Assembly (NCBI GenBank): GCA_963835065.1
Contig: CAWIEK010000016.1
Coordinates: 1-64,000, forward strand
Reading direction: 5' to 3'
DNA from: an uncultured Chthonomonadaceae bacterium
GTDB lineage: Bacteria > Armatimonadota > Chthonomonadetes > Chthonomonadales > Chthonomonadaceae
DNA: 64,000 nucleotides
The translations under genes and the position numbers were made by a program. Below, in pieces: positions 9,675 through 19,618 of the stretch (the stretch's first letter is position 1; each line of letters starts with the position of its first letter). Below the pieces are notes generated by a model. That model was not told the origin of the DNA and did not search any database. It worked only from the letters and a program-made list of their open reading frames with translations.

Positions 9675-11015
9675 ATGAAAAAATTACGCTCTGCCCACCA
9701 AATCAGCGGCATGGTCGCCGCCGCCATCATTTTTGGCAGTATCCTCTTTAATAGCGTCGCCGCGTATGCCCAGACCATTACCGTCCAGTCCGGCAAACCG
9801 GGTGGCGTGTACAATGTCGGCGAAAAGATCGTCTGGCATCTCACGGTGACAGGGGATGGCGCGTCCAATGTCAGCAAGATTGCCTATGTCCTGAAGGAAG
9901 GACAGATGAAGGAAACCGGACGCGGCGAACTGACTCTCAAGGATGGCGCGGCAGACCTGGAAACGACGATGAGTACGCCCGGCAGCATTATGGCCTACCT
10001 GACGGCAACAGGCGAGTCGGGCAAACCAACCCTCAAGGAACGGGCCGGGGCGCTGGTCGCGCCGGAGCAGATCAAGCCCTCCGCGCCCCCTCCCGACGAT
10101 TTCGACGCCTTCTGGAAGTCCAAAGTCGAGGAACTGCACAAAGTTCCGATGAATCCGATCCTTACGCCGGGTGACAGCGGTTCCGACACTGCGGACTACT
10201 GGAAGATCACGCTGGACAACATTCGGGGTACGCATATTCAGGGGCAGCTTTCCCGGCCTAAGGGGGATAAGAAGTACCCGGCGCTGCTGATCGTGCAGTG
10301 GGCGGGCGTTTACCCACTCCAGAAGAATTGGGTGACGCAGCATGGCGCGGAAGGCTGGCTGACGCTGAACATCAACGCGCACGACCTGCCCATTGACCAG
10401 ACGCAGGCGTTCTACGACGATGCCCTGAAAACGAAACTGGAAAAAAACTATACTGCCATTGGCAACGAGGACAGGGACAACAGCTACTTTCTGCGAATGT
10501 ACCTGTCCTGCTATCGCGCCATTGAGTATCTGAAGAGCCGGCCCGACTGGGACGGCAAGACGCTGGTGGTGATGGGCACCAGCCAGGGCGGGCTTCAGAC
10601 GCTGATGATCGGCGGGCTGTATCCCGGCAAAATATCGGCGCTGATCGCCAATGTCCCCGCCGGGTGCGATCAGACGGGACCCGTCATTGGACGACAGGCG
10701 GGCTGGCCTATGTGGTGGTGGCAGACGGCGAACCGGGACATCGTCAAGGTGCGCGAAACGTCGCGCTACTACGACGTGGTGAACTTCGCCAGCCGGATTA
10801 CAGCCCCAACTCTTGTCGCGACCGGCCTCATTGACGAAACGTGTCCCGTTCACGGCGTCTGCGCGGCGTTCAACCAGATGAAAGGCCCCAAAGAACTGGT
10901 CGTGATGGAGCGGTCGGACCATCAGGGCCACAACAACTCACAGGCGCCCTACTATAATCGCTCCTCGGCATGGCTGCGAGAATTATCCAAAGGCAATCCG
11001 CCGCCCGCGCATTAA
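9675..11015 (+). CDS. Secreted acetylxylan esterase (CE7/AXE1-like)
   Basis: PDDFDAFW, GTSQGG nucleophile motif, YYDVVNFA, GLIDETCP. Confidence 0.85.
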   Translation: MKKLRSAHQISGMVAAAIIFGSILFNSVAAYAQTITVQSGKPGGVYNVGEKIVWHLTVTGDGASNVSKIAYVLKEGQMKETGRGELTLKDGAADLETTMSTPGSIMAYLTATGESGKPTLKERAGALVAPEQIKPSAPPPDDFDAFWKSKVEELHKVPMNPILTPGDSGSDTADYWKITLDNIRGTHIQGQLSRPKGDKKYPALLIVQWAGVYPLQKNWVTQHGAEGWLTLNINAHDLPIDQTQAFYDDALKTKLEKNYTAIGNEDRDNSYFLRMYLSCYRAIEYLKSRPDWDGKTLVVMGTSQGGLQTLMIGGLYPGKISALIANVPAGCDQTGPVIGRQAGWPMWWWQTANRDIVKVRETSRYYDVVNFASRITAPTLVATGLIDETCPVHGVCAAFNQMKGPKELVVMERSDHQGHNNSQAPYYNRSSAWLRELSKGNPPPAH

Positions 11016-11047
11016 AGAGCAACCTTGTGACTCTCAAACGAACTGCT

Positions 11048-11608
11048 ATGAAACTTGAGCAACAACTTGCATCCCTGGCCGAACTTGGCTTCAGACTCAA
11101 CGAGGGAGTTAGTGTCGGTGACTTCCTCAAGGAGTTTGATCGCGAAGAGTATGAAAAGCAGCCCTTTGACCTTCTCCTGTTCGTTCTTGGCGGGCAGGTG
11201 GAGCGCGAGTATGGTTGGCAATGCATTTGCTCACGGGTTTGGAATTTCGATACCGAGTGTATCGAAAATCCGGGCGATTATGTACATATCGTTAAACGCT
11301 TGTGCGAAGTTGCTGGCAAGCCTGATTATCTTACCGATGTCAGCGATTTCGTTGATCTGGACACTGGCGAAGCCTGGCTAAAATATACCGTAAATGGGAT
11401 ACAACGAAATTGGAACGTTGAAATCAATGACGATTGGGTGGACATGCTTACAGTTGCTTACGTCATGGATGATATTGAACAGGATGATTTTCACTTCTTT
11501 TTCAAGGACAATGGGCAAGCGATGATACTATTCTATCTTGATCCAGCCAGCGCTGTAGAGTTGAACAAATTATCAAACAACGCCCTGGAACCCGTTCTTA
11601 ACTCCTGA
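11048..11608 (+). CDS. Hypothetical acidic protein, lower GC
   Basis: 186-aa ORF (WNFDTECIE...DNGQA). Confidence 0.7.
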   Translation: MKLEQQLASLAELGFRLNEGVSVGDFLKEFDREEYEKQPFDLLLFVLGGQVEREYGWQCICSRVWNFDTECIENPGDYVHIVKRLCEVAGKPDYLTDVSDFVDLDTGEAWLKYTVNGIQRNWNVEINDDWVDMLTVAYVMDDIEQDDFHFFFKDNGQAMILFYLDPASAVELNKLSNNALEPVLNS

Positions 11609-11863
11609 TACTTCGCTTCCGGCAAACGCTCCTCTTTTCCACAGCGCTATCAGCGCATGGTAGCGCTGCTATTCCTGTTCGTTCCAATCCTGATTGATTT
11701 GCTCAAGAAGCTGGGCTTCGGACAATTTTGGCGCGGGCGTTGCTGCCAGCGAAGTGGCTAACAATCCGGCGGCGAGTTCCTCTTTTTTGCGCCCTTCCTG
11801 AAGGCTGCGTTCCTGCAAGCGGTTCTCGGTCAGGCTGTCCAATTCAATAGTCAGGGTAGACAT
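11600..11863 (-). pseudogene. Decayed paralog of the antitoxin-like gene at 12334-12729
   Basis: MSTLTIELD start shared; premature TAG at 11669, then QRYHALIAL and a shifted EERLPEAKYQEL. Confidence 0.65.
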
Positions 11864-11909
11864 GGGGTTTCCTCTCCTGCGCTGAATAGGCAACTTCATT
11901 TCGACTCCA

Positions 11910-12341
11910 TCATTCCACAGGCGGCGGATGTTTTCCGGCAAGAAGCAGCAACTCGCGTAAATTGACCACGCCTTCGCGGTTAAGCAGCAGATGTGCCACT
12001 GTAGCGCGTCCAGTCGGTGTCAGTCCCAACATCGTCAGCGTGTCTTCACTCAAACAAAAATGCTCTGCCCACCGATGTTGGCGCGGATCATAGAGGGGTG
12101 CCATTTCCTGCGTCAGCGGGTCTATTGCTTCTGTACTGACGAACTTCTGATTGTTGCACTGCTGACAGGAAAGCGCCAAATTTTCAGGCAGGTCACTCCC
12201 CTGCCGCGATACAGGCACAATATGCTCAACGGAAAATGCGTTCGGCGAATGTGATTCGGGACTTAGGCAGTATTCGCATCGAAAACGGGCGCGTTCTTTA
12301 ACATGTTGCCGAACACTGGCCTTGACGCGAGGATTAGGCAT
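11910..12341 (-). CDS. HNH endonuclease (toxin-like)
   Basis: RCEYC, VEHIVP, NLALSCQQCNNQK, LYDPR, GLTPTGRAT. Confidence 0.9.
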   Translation of the reverse strand: MPNPRVKASVRQHVKERARFRCEYCLSPESHSPNAFSVEHIVPVSRQGSDLPENLALSCQQCNNQKFVSTEAIDPLTQEMAPLYDPRQHRWAEHFCLSEDTLTMLGLTPTGRATVAHLLLNREGVVNLRELLLLAGKHPPPVE

Positions 12342-12729
12342 GGCGTGGCCCAACCCCTAGAAGTTTCATTAACTCCTCGAAACCACACCCCCATAATTGC
12401 GACAGTTCCCAAACGGCTTTCAGCCGCCTGGCATGGTGAACTTCAATTTGATTGCCCGATTCAAGCAGTTCCGCGTATTCTTCGAGCGTAATGGTTTCGG
12501 CCCGCCGCTTTCTGCTTAGTTTGCGATAGCGCTTCCAATGCGTGTCGGACAGTTCTTCACGCGCCACGCGCAGCAGATTTATTTCCTGTGGCGTGAGACG
12601 TTTATCTGAATGTGTCGCGTTCGCCAGAAGATGAGCCGCAACTTGTTCGATAGCCGTTCCTTCTTTCGCGCTGATGTGAGATAAATTTTGCTCTGTCGCT
12701 TGGTCCAATTCAATGGTCAGGGTAGACAT
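12334..12729 (-). CDS. Putative antitoxin/regulator overlapping the HNH gene
   Basis: MSTLTIELD (ribbon-helix-helix-like) ...RYRKLSRKRRAETITLEEYAELL...RRLKAVWELSQL; overlaps the HNH start. Confidence 0.7.
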   Translation of the reverse strand: MSTLTIELDQATEQNLSHISAKEGTAIEQVAAHLLANATHSDKRLTPQEINLLRVAREELSDTHWKRYRKLSRKRRAETITLEEYAELLESGNQIEVHHARRLKAVWELSQLWGCGFEELMKLLGVGPRHA

Positions 12730-12749
12730 GGGAGTTCCTCTCTGGTCGG

Positions 12750-12776
12750 TCTCTGAAAATAGTATACTTACAGAGA
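12750..12776 (-). promoter_or_regulatory. Palindromic operator overlapping a TATACT -10
   Basis: TCTCTG...AGTATACT..CAGAGA; second copy at 14516-14542. Confidence 0.5.
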
Positions 12777-12973
12777 ACGCGAAAACCACCGATTTAGTTC
12801 TTTTGAAGTGATTGGTACGATGACGAAATAGTTGCTCTGCCGTGTTTGGAGAGAATAAACCCGCGTGACAACTTCCGGTTTCTGACCGCTTGCAAGGAGT
12901 AGCACAAGGTGTGCGGCGCAACCCAACGCGCCCGAACACAATTCCCTCATCAAGATAAACAAAGGAGACAGCC

Positions 12974-13753
12974 ATGAAAGCAGCGCCCCCTATTGTTGAC
13001 CGTGAGATTTGGAATGCCGAACTCGCCGCGCTCCGGGTTCGGGAAAAGGCCCACACCCGCGAGGGCGACGCCATCGCCGCCGCGCGCCGCCGGCTGCCGA
13101 TGGTCGAGGTGGATGCGGCTACGCTGGTCATAGGAAAGTCCGGCGCAATCTCGCTGCTCGAAACGTTTGAAGGCCGCTCCCAACTGTTCGCGTCTTACCA
13201 CATGTGGCACACGGGCCTCCCCGCCGCCAGGCAATGCGAAGGCTGCACGTTCAACTCCGGCCAGGTGCGGGAGTTAGCGTACCTACACGCGCGCGACGTC
13301 ACATACGCCGTCTTCTGCGAGGGGCCGTACGACGAGAGCAACCGCTACCGCGAGTTCATGGGATGGGAAATGCCGTGGTATTCCGTGCCCGATACGTCGG
13401 CGGAGCGGCTGATCGCCGGACGTCATTTCGGGATGAAGGTGTGCTATCTGCGTGAAGGCGACCGCGTGTTCGAGACATATTGGACCACCGCGCGTGGGTG
13501 CGAAGTGATGAACGGCAGCTTCGGGATGCTCGACATGACCGTCTACGGCCGACAGGAGCATTGGGAGGACTCGCCCCCAGGCTGGCCGGTAATCTACGGC
13601 CCCCACAGCAATTCGTACCGGCTCATGGAGGATGGGAGCGCGCCTCTATCTGGGAAGGAGGGGCGTCCCACCCCGCAGTGGTCCCGCCTCGCCGCCGGTC
13701 ACAGCGACGACCTCGGCAGCGCCGCTGCGGCTAGCGAACACCACTGCCCCTGA
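12974..13753 (+). CDS. DUF899 family protein (thioredoxin-like)
   Basis: REKAHTREGDAIAAARRRLPM, FEGRSQL, CEGC, LDMTVYGRQEHWEDSP. Confidence 0.9.
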   Translation: MKAAPPIVDREIWNAELAALRVREKAHTREGDAIAAARRRLPMVEVDAATLVIGKSGAISLLETFEGRSQLFASYHMWHTGLPAARQCEGCTFNSGQVRELAYLHARDVTYAVFCEGPYDESNRYREFMGWEMPWYSVPDTSAERLIAGRHFGMKVCYLREGDRVFETYWTTARGCEVMNGSFGMLDMTVYGRQEHWEDSPPGWPVIYGPHSNSYRLMEDGSAPLSGKEGRPTPQWSRLAAGHSDDLGSAAAASEHHCP

Positions 13754-13806
13754 GACCGATTTCGACTTCTCATAGCGACTCACGTACAAAGAATAGGAGA
13801 GGCATC

Positions 13807-14478
13807 ATGAAGTTACTTCTTACTTCCGCCGGCATCAAGAACACGAGCATCCACGACGCGCTGGTCGACCTACTGGGCAAACCGATTGCCGAGTCCAGCG
13901 CCCTCTGTATCCCCACCGCGGGGTACGGGCACCCCAAGGGCAGTCCTGGTGGGGCATGGCGTTTCATCAGCGGACGAGAACCCAACTGCCCCATGTGCGA
14001 ATTGGGTTGGAAGTCCCTGGGAGTGCTGGAACTTACCGCGCTGCCCAGCATCGATGAAGAGCGCTGGGTCCCCTGGGTCCGAGAGACAGACGTCCTGCTG
14101 GTGAACGGTGGCGACGCCCTGTACCTGTGCCACTGGATGCGGCAGTCCGGGCTGGCGGATCTCTTGCCGTCGCTGCGCGAGACGGTCTGGGTGGGACTGA
14201 GCGCCGGGAGCATGGTGATGACCCCTCGCATCGGGGAGGATTTCGTCGGCTGGAAGCCGCCCACCGGTGGCGATGAAGCGCTGGGCATGGTTGATTTCTC
14301 GATCTTCCCGCACCTGGATCACGAGGACCTGCCGGAGAATACCATGGCCGACGCAGAAAAGTGGGCCGCCGGCATGCCGCTGCCGTGCTACGCGATTGAC
14401 GATCAGACCGCCATCAAAGTGACCGATGGCGCCGTCGAAGTCGTCTCCGAGGGGCACTGGAAGCTGTTCAACCCCTAA
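13807..14478 (+). CDS. Peptidase E / S51 (type 1 glutamine amidotransferase-like)
   Basis: MKLLLTSAG, LCIPTA, VNGGDALYL, GLSAGS, FPHL, YAIDDQTAI. Confidence 0.9.
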   Translation: MKLLLTSAGIKNTSIHDALVDLLGKPIAESSALCIPTAGYGHPKGSPGGAWRFISGREPNCPMCELGWKSLGVLELTALPSIDEERWVPWVRETDVLLVNGGDALYLCHWMRQSGLADLLPSLRETVWVGLSAGSMVMTPRIGEDFVGWKPPTGGDEALGMVDFSIFPHLDHEDLPENTMADAEKWAAGMPLPCYAIDDQTAIKVTDGAVEVVSEGHWKLFNP

Positions 14479-14698
14479 TAGGGAAACCCAATATTGGGGT
14501 TTCCTCTCTGGCCTGTCTCTGAAAATAATATACTTTCAGAGAACGCAAAAAGTCGCCGGTTTATAGTAACCCCAAGGCGTGGGAGGATGCAAACGAGGCA
14601 GAGGACTTTGTTTACGTGGGGAGGAAGACGTAAACGGAAAGGGGCGGATACTCAGGTATGAGATTGACCATCGGGTTACAGGCTCCTGCGAGAGATCC

Positions 14699-15778
14699 TC
14701 ATAACATTTCAGAGGGGGCTCCAAGTTGAAGCTGCGTCACAGTCGCCGTGTTTCCATTGTTCTGTTCGCTATTTGCCCTCATAGCAATGGGAACGCTCTG
14801 GCTCTGGACGGCGATGGCCTGTGATGGCAGCGGCTCCACAACAGCCACCACAGGAGGATCAGGTGGAGGCTGTGCAGGACAATATAGTTTGCTGAGGATG
14901 GTGTTGAACTCTCGATTGATCAGTACACATAAAACAAACTGTAATAGCGGAATCACCACCAGAATCGCAGACCGGACAAAAATCGTGCGTGGCATACCCC
15001 AAAAGCTACTCCGCGTGTCCAGATGCATTTGTACAACATCTATTATCAATACCGTGAAAGTGAGCAGAAAAGGCCACCAAATGGCAGATTTGAGGAAGAA
15101 TGAAGACACACGGTCGCGTACTTCCACATCTTTGACGCCGGTGAAGACTAGATGCAGACGCAACAATTGAGGTATCTCCGGGTTGCCTCGGCTCAACAGA
15201 AAATCCAGGGGGGCATTAATGGAACGGGCTGTCAGCCACAATGCGCCCAAGAATACCAAAATAATCAGGCTGATGACCGTAGGGAAATCGTTTTCCGGCA
15301 CACTGACAGGAACGAGGGGAAGTGTGTAATCTCGTAACTTCGATTGCACAAGCATGTTTTTCGCCCGATCATTGGTGAACTTGTCGGCAGCATAGTCCGC
15401 CGCCATCTGGTCGAAGTCCTTCTCGCTTACAGCAGCGGGTTCCAGTACCTGGATACGGGCTTGGTAGGAGCCGATTGTGTTGGTAGAGTCGGTAATGGAT
15501 TCATTAATAACCGTATCCTTCATTTTCTCCTGTAACCGGCGAATTTCCAGCCGGTTCTCCAACTTCTGCTTTCTGTCATTTTCCGTGCGTTCCGTGTCAT
15601 GCTGCATCCGATATACAATGGCCTGCTCCAACTGCGTATCGGTGAAGGCATGTTCCAGGTAGGCATGGATCAGCAGCAAACTGGTCAACATGATTGTCGT
15701 GAAGATCAGCCAGCGAAACCGCTTGATGGCATCCAGAAAAGCATCCAGCACTTTATTTTCCACATCTTTGGCTTCCAC
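14699..15778 (-). CDS. Hypothetical multi-pass membrane protein
   Basis: 359 aa, about four hydrophobic segments and a coiled-coil loop; SD GGGAGG. Confidence 0.7.
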   Translation of the reverse strand: MEAKDVENKVLDAFLDAIKRFRWLIFTTIMLTSLLLIHAYLEHAFTDTQLEQAIVYRMQHDTERTENDRKQKLENRLEIRRLQEKMKDTVINESITDSTNTIGSYQARIQVLEPAAVSEKDFDQMAADYAADKFTNDRAKNMLVQSKLRDYTLPLVPVSVPENDFPTVISLIILVFLGALWLTARSINAPLDFLLSRGNPEIPQLLRLHLVFTGVKDVEVRDRVSSFFLKSAIWWPFLLTFTVLIIDVVQMHLDTRSSFWGMPRTIFVRSAILVVIPLLQFVLCVLINREFNTILSKLYCPAQPPPDPPVVAVVEPLPSQAIAVQSQSVPIAMRANSEQNNGNTATVTQLQLGAPSEML

Positions 15779-15836
15779 GCTTTACATGCCCCTCCCTTGT
15801 TCGTGGCATAAAACCTACATGCCACGAACTCAGCGA

Positions 15837-16317
15837 TTACCTGATTGTTTTAGGTGCCTTGTCCACACAAAACGGACAGGGACATGTTTCTTTGCACTCG
15901 CATTTCTCTTTGCCAGTTTCCTTGCAAATAGGTTTTGATGGGGTGCGGGTGGTGTGGGGATTGCTAGGCGGATAAGGCCCGGTTGTGTTACCACCCACAG
16001 GATGTTGATGGTCACTTCCCACACCAACTTGATTTTCACCCCCCACGCCATGTTTATGGTCATGTGCGTCCATGGTGAGTATAATGATTTTAAAGTCATT
16101 ATCCATGCTAAATTCTTTAATGGATATGCTATTTTTTGTATTAATGCTGGCTTTAAGTTCGCCAGAGAACTTGTTGATAGTGCTTTTATCAAGAGTTCTA
16201 CTCCCCAGTTGACCTGAGAGAGTGGACTGTGCGCTGATGCTCAACGGTTCTAACGAGAAGCATAGTCCGAAAAAGCATAGGCAGGACAGTGCGGTAGGAA
16301 CAGTGATTCGGTTCATG
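15837..16317 (-). CDS. Hypothetical secreted protein with a His-rich segment and a Cys-rich tail (start approximate)
   Basis: Signal-like N-terminus; HDHKH, DHQH, CKETGKEKCECKETCPCPFC. Confidence 0.55.
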
Positions 16318-16929
16318 TTATTTCTCTCCAAGGGATTGTCTTAGTAGATAGCCCAATATGTACATCTGCCAAGAGATAAGAACGTGCATCATCGCCAGAA
16401 TGTGACATCAGTTAATAATATATTCTAGGCGATATTTTCTCAGAGTATAGAATGATAGGCTTCCAGGTTCAAGGCAATGCAATGCCCGTGCAATATTACA
16501 TGGCGGCTGACTACAGTGATATTGGATTCCCATGTATCGTTACTCTTGATTCTTAGAATTATACCTTATTTATTCTGCGTTGTAAACTTATAGTTTTGAG
16601 AATAAATTTTAATCCTGTCTTAAGTGCAGACTCAGAAAAAATTTATACAATAATCCTTCACCCTTTCCTACTGTGTATTATAGGAAAGATACGCCCGTCT
16701 GCTTGTAGACATTCATGCAGGCGCTTTCTCCGCCAGGCCACAACATCTTTGACACTCACCCTTTGTAGGGATATGAGGCCTCTACAAAAGGTCTAAATCG
16801 CTATTTCCCTGTTCAGCATAAACCGACGCCTTGTAATTCAGGAAGATTCTTCAGGCTTTTATGTGGTACGATAATAAATCATTCACTATCCCCGGCTACA
16901 GCCTGAGAATCTTTCTGGATTTATCTGTT

Positions 16930-19499
16930 ATGAAAATTATCCCCAAGCCTGTGAAAATTTGCGCCACTATCGGGTTCGTCTTGACCGCCGGGCTGTTTTC
17001 CACGCTGGTTATTGCGGCAAGCCCGCCACAAACGGCCAAGCCTCCTGTTCCCGCAACGAACGCCGGGGAAGCGGAGTATCGCCAGCAGATTCAACCCCTT
17101 CTTAAGAAGTATTGTTACGCCTGTCACGCGGGGGGCGCGAAGTCCGGCGGCGTGATGCTGGATGGCGTTTCCTCTTACGCGGCCTTGCGGCAGGATCGCA
17201 AACTTTTCCAGAAGGTCTTGAAAAACATGCGCAGCGGCATCATGCCCCCGGCGGGAATGGAACAGCCGACCCCGGCGGAAAAGACCCGTATCGCGCAGTG
17301 GATCAAGACGCAGGTCTACCATATTGATCCCGCCAACCCCGATCCGGGGCGCGTCACCGTCCGCCGCCTGAACCGCGTCGAATACCACAATACCATTCGG
17401 GATTTGATCGGCGTGGAGTTCGACACGCAGACGGAGTTCCCGCCGGATGATGCGGGGCATGGGTTCGACAACATCAGCGACGTACTCACGATTTCGCCCC
17501 TGCTGATGGAAAAATACCTCAACGCCGCCCAAGCCATCATTGCGCAGGCGGTTCCGACGGCCTCTAAAGTGGTGGCGGAAGCAGAGATTGCCGGGGCGAA
17601 TTTTGTACCGGCGAACGCGACCGTTGCCCCCGCGAACGCGAGCGTTCCCCCCAACAAGGCTGTTGGCTTCCGCTCGCTGTCCTACTACGAGCCTGCCACT
17701 GTTGCCCACACCCTGCAAATCGAGCATCCCGGCAGTTATCAGCTTGTTCTGGATATGGCTGCCAACGAGCGGTATGTTGACAACGTATTCGACTACAACA
17801 AATGCCGGCTCATCGTCAAGGCGGACGGACAGGAACTGCTGCGCAAGGATTTCAACCGCGAAGGCGGCAAACTCCTGCATTACACCTTCGATCAGAAGTG
17901 GCAGGCGGGAGGGCATAACCTTTCGTTTGAAGTGCAGCCGCTTACACCGGGCGTGGAGCAAATCCGCTCGCTGACGCTGCGGATCAATAAAGTGACCCTG
18001 CGCGGCCCGTTAGACGCCAAGTATAATGTCGAGCCGCGTAACTACCGGGCTTTCTTCCCCAAACCCGTGCCTGCCGGTGTCCCGGAGCGCCGCGCTTATG
18101 CCCGCCAACTGCTCGGAGATTTTGCCCGCAAAGCGTTTCGGCGGCCTGTGGACGAAAAGACGCTTGCCCGGCTGACGGCGTTGGCGGAAGGCGTTTATAC
18201 CCAACCCGGCCAGACGTTTGAGGCGGGCGTGGCGCAGGCAATGGTCGCCATCCTTGCTTCGCCCCGGTTCCTGTTCCGCGAAGAGGGAATGGCTGCGGCG
18301 CAGAATAACCATCCGTATGCGCTGATTGACGAGTATGCGCTGGCCTCGCGGCTCTCCTATTTCCTGTGGTCGTCCATGCCGGATGACGAACTGTTCCGGT
18401 TAGCCGGACAGGGGCTGTTGCGGAAGAATCTGGCTTCGCAGGTGCAGCGGATGCTGCAAGACCGCCGCTCGGAAGCGCTGGTGCAGAATTTCAGCGGGCA
18501 GTGGCTGCAAACGCGGGATATTGAGAAGGTTCCCATCAATCCGTTTGCCGTGCTGGGACGCGAAGTGGACCCGGCTGCCGCTCCCGCAGGGGGCAATGGC
18601 AACCGGCGCGGGGGCAACCGTCCGCGCGTTCGGTTCGACGATACGGCTGCGTAAGGACCTGCGGCGCGAAGCGGATCTCTATTTCGGCTATATCGTCCGG
18701 GAAGACCGCAGCGTTCTGGAATTGATAGACAGCGATTACACGTTCCTCAATGCGCGTCTGGCGCAGTATTATGGGCTGGCGAGACCTGGGCGTGAGCGGC
18801 GAAGAATTCCGCAAGGTGACGCTTCCTCCCAACAGTCCTCGCGGCGGGATGCTGACGATGGGAAGCGTACTGGCGGTGACTTCCAACCCCACGCGAACCT
18901 CACCCGTCAAGCGCGGCCTGTTTATTCTGGACAACTTTCTGGGCGCTCCGGCCCCGCCCCCACCCCCGGACATTCCCCCGCTTGAAGCGGCTATTTCCGG
19001 CCTGAAAAACAGCAAGCCGACCCTGCGTGAAGTCCTCGCGGCGCACCGCAGCAAACCGGAGTGCGTTTCCTGCCATAATCGTTTGGACCCGCCCGGTTTG
19101 GCGCTGGAAAACTTCAACGCGATGGGCTTGTGGCGCGACAAGGAATACGGCCAGCCGATTGAAGCCGGAGGAAAGCTGGTCACGGGCGAGTCCTTCAAAG
19201 ACATTCGTGAGTTGAAGCACATTCTGGTCAGTCGCCACAGCGCGGAATTTTACCGCTGCCTGACCGAAAAACTGCTAACTTACGCGCTTGGGCGCGGTCT
19301 TGAAGATTATGACGTGGAAGCGGTAGACCGCATCGAAAAACGGCTGGAACAGGACAACGGACGCTTTTCGACTCTGCTGACGGGCATTCTCGAATCCGCG
19401 CCCTTCCAAAAGTGCGAAAATGCGTCACAGATTGCCTTGATGTCGGGTAACTATTCACCACCAAGACGCCAAGAACACCAAGAGAAAACAGGCCGCTAA
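16930..19499 (+). CDS. DUF1592/DUF1588/DUF1587/DUF1595/DUF1585 planctomycete-type cytochrome c protein (frameshifts near 18645 and 18780)
   Basis: CYACH, RRLNRVEYHNTIRDL, LASRLSYFLWSSMPD, TSPVKRG, CVSCH. Confidence 0.9.
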
Positions 19500-19594
19500 A
19501 CAGGCTTGGAATCGAAGACAGTTTGTTCTCTCCTGCAATTTTACAATTTCTTCTTATCGTTTTTCTTGGTGTTCTTGGCGTCTTGGTGGTGAAT
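19453..19594. repeat. Long palindromic element built of 9-mer (caccaagaa-like) units
   Basis: attcaccaccaagacgccaagaacaccaag / cttggtgttcttggcgtcttggtggtgaat. Confidence 0.8.
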
Positions 19595-19618
19595 AATTCC
19601 AATATTTGAAGGGAGGAA

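Noticed and set aside
9684..10931. Long antisense ORFs (also 16921-17961, 19961-21115, 24042-25400, 36317-37327, 52324-53538, 62567-63901)
   Set aside because: Shadow frames of GC-rich genes that have clear motifs on the opposite strand; no motifs of their own
12730..13131. N-terminal extension of the 265-aa ORF 12334..13131
   Set aside because: Overlaps the DUF899 gene on the opposite strand; the start at 12729 has an SD and matches the paralog's MSTLTIELD start
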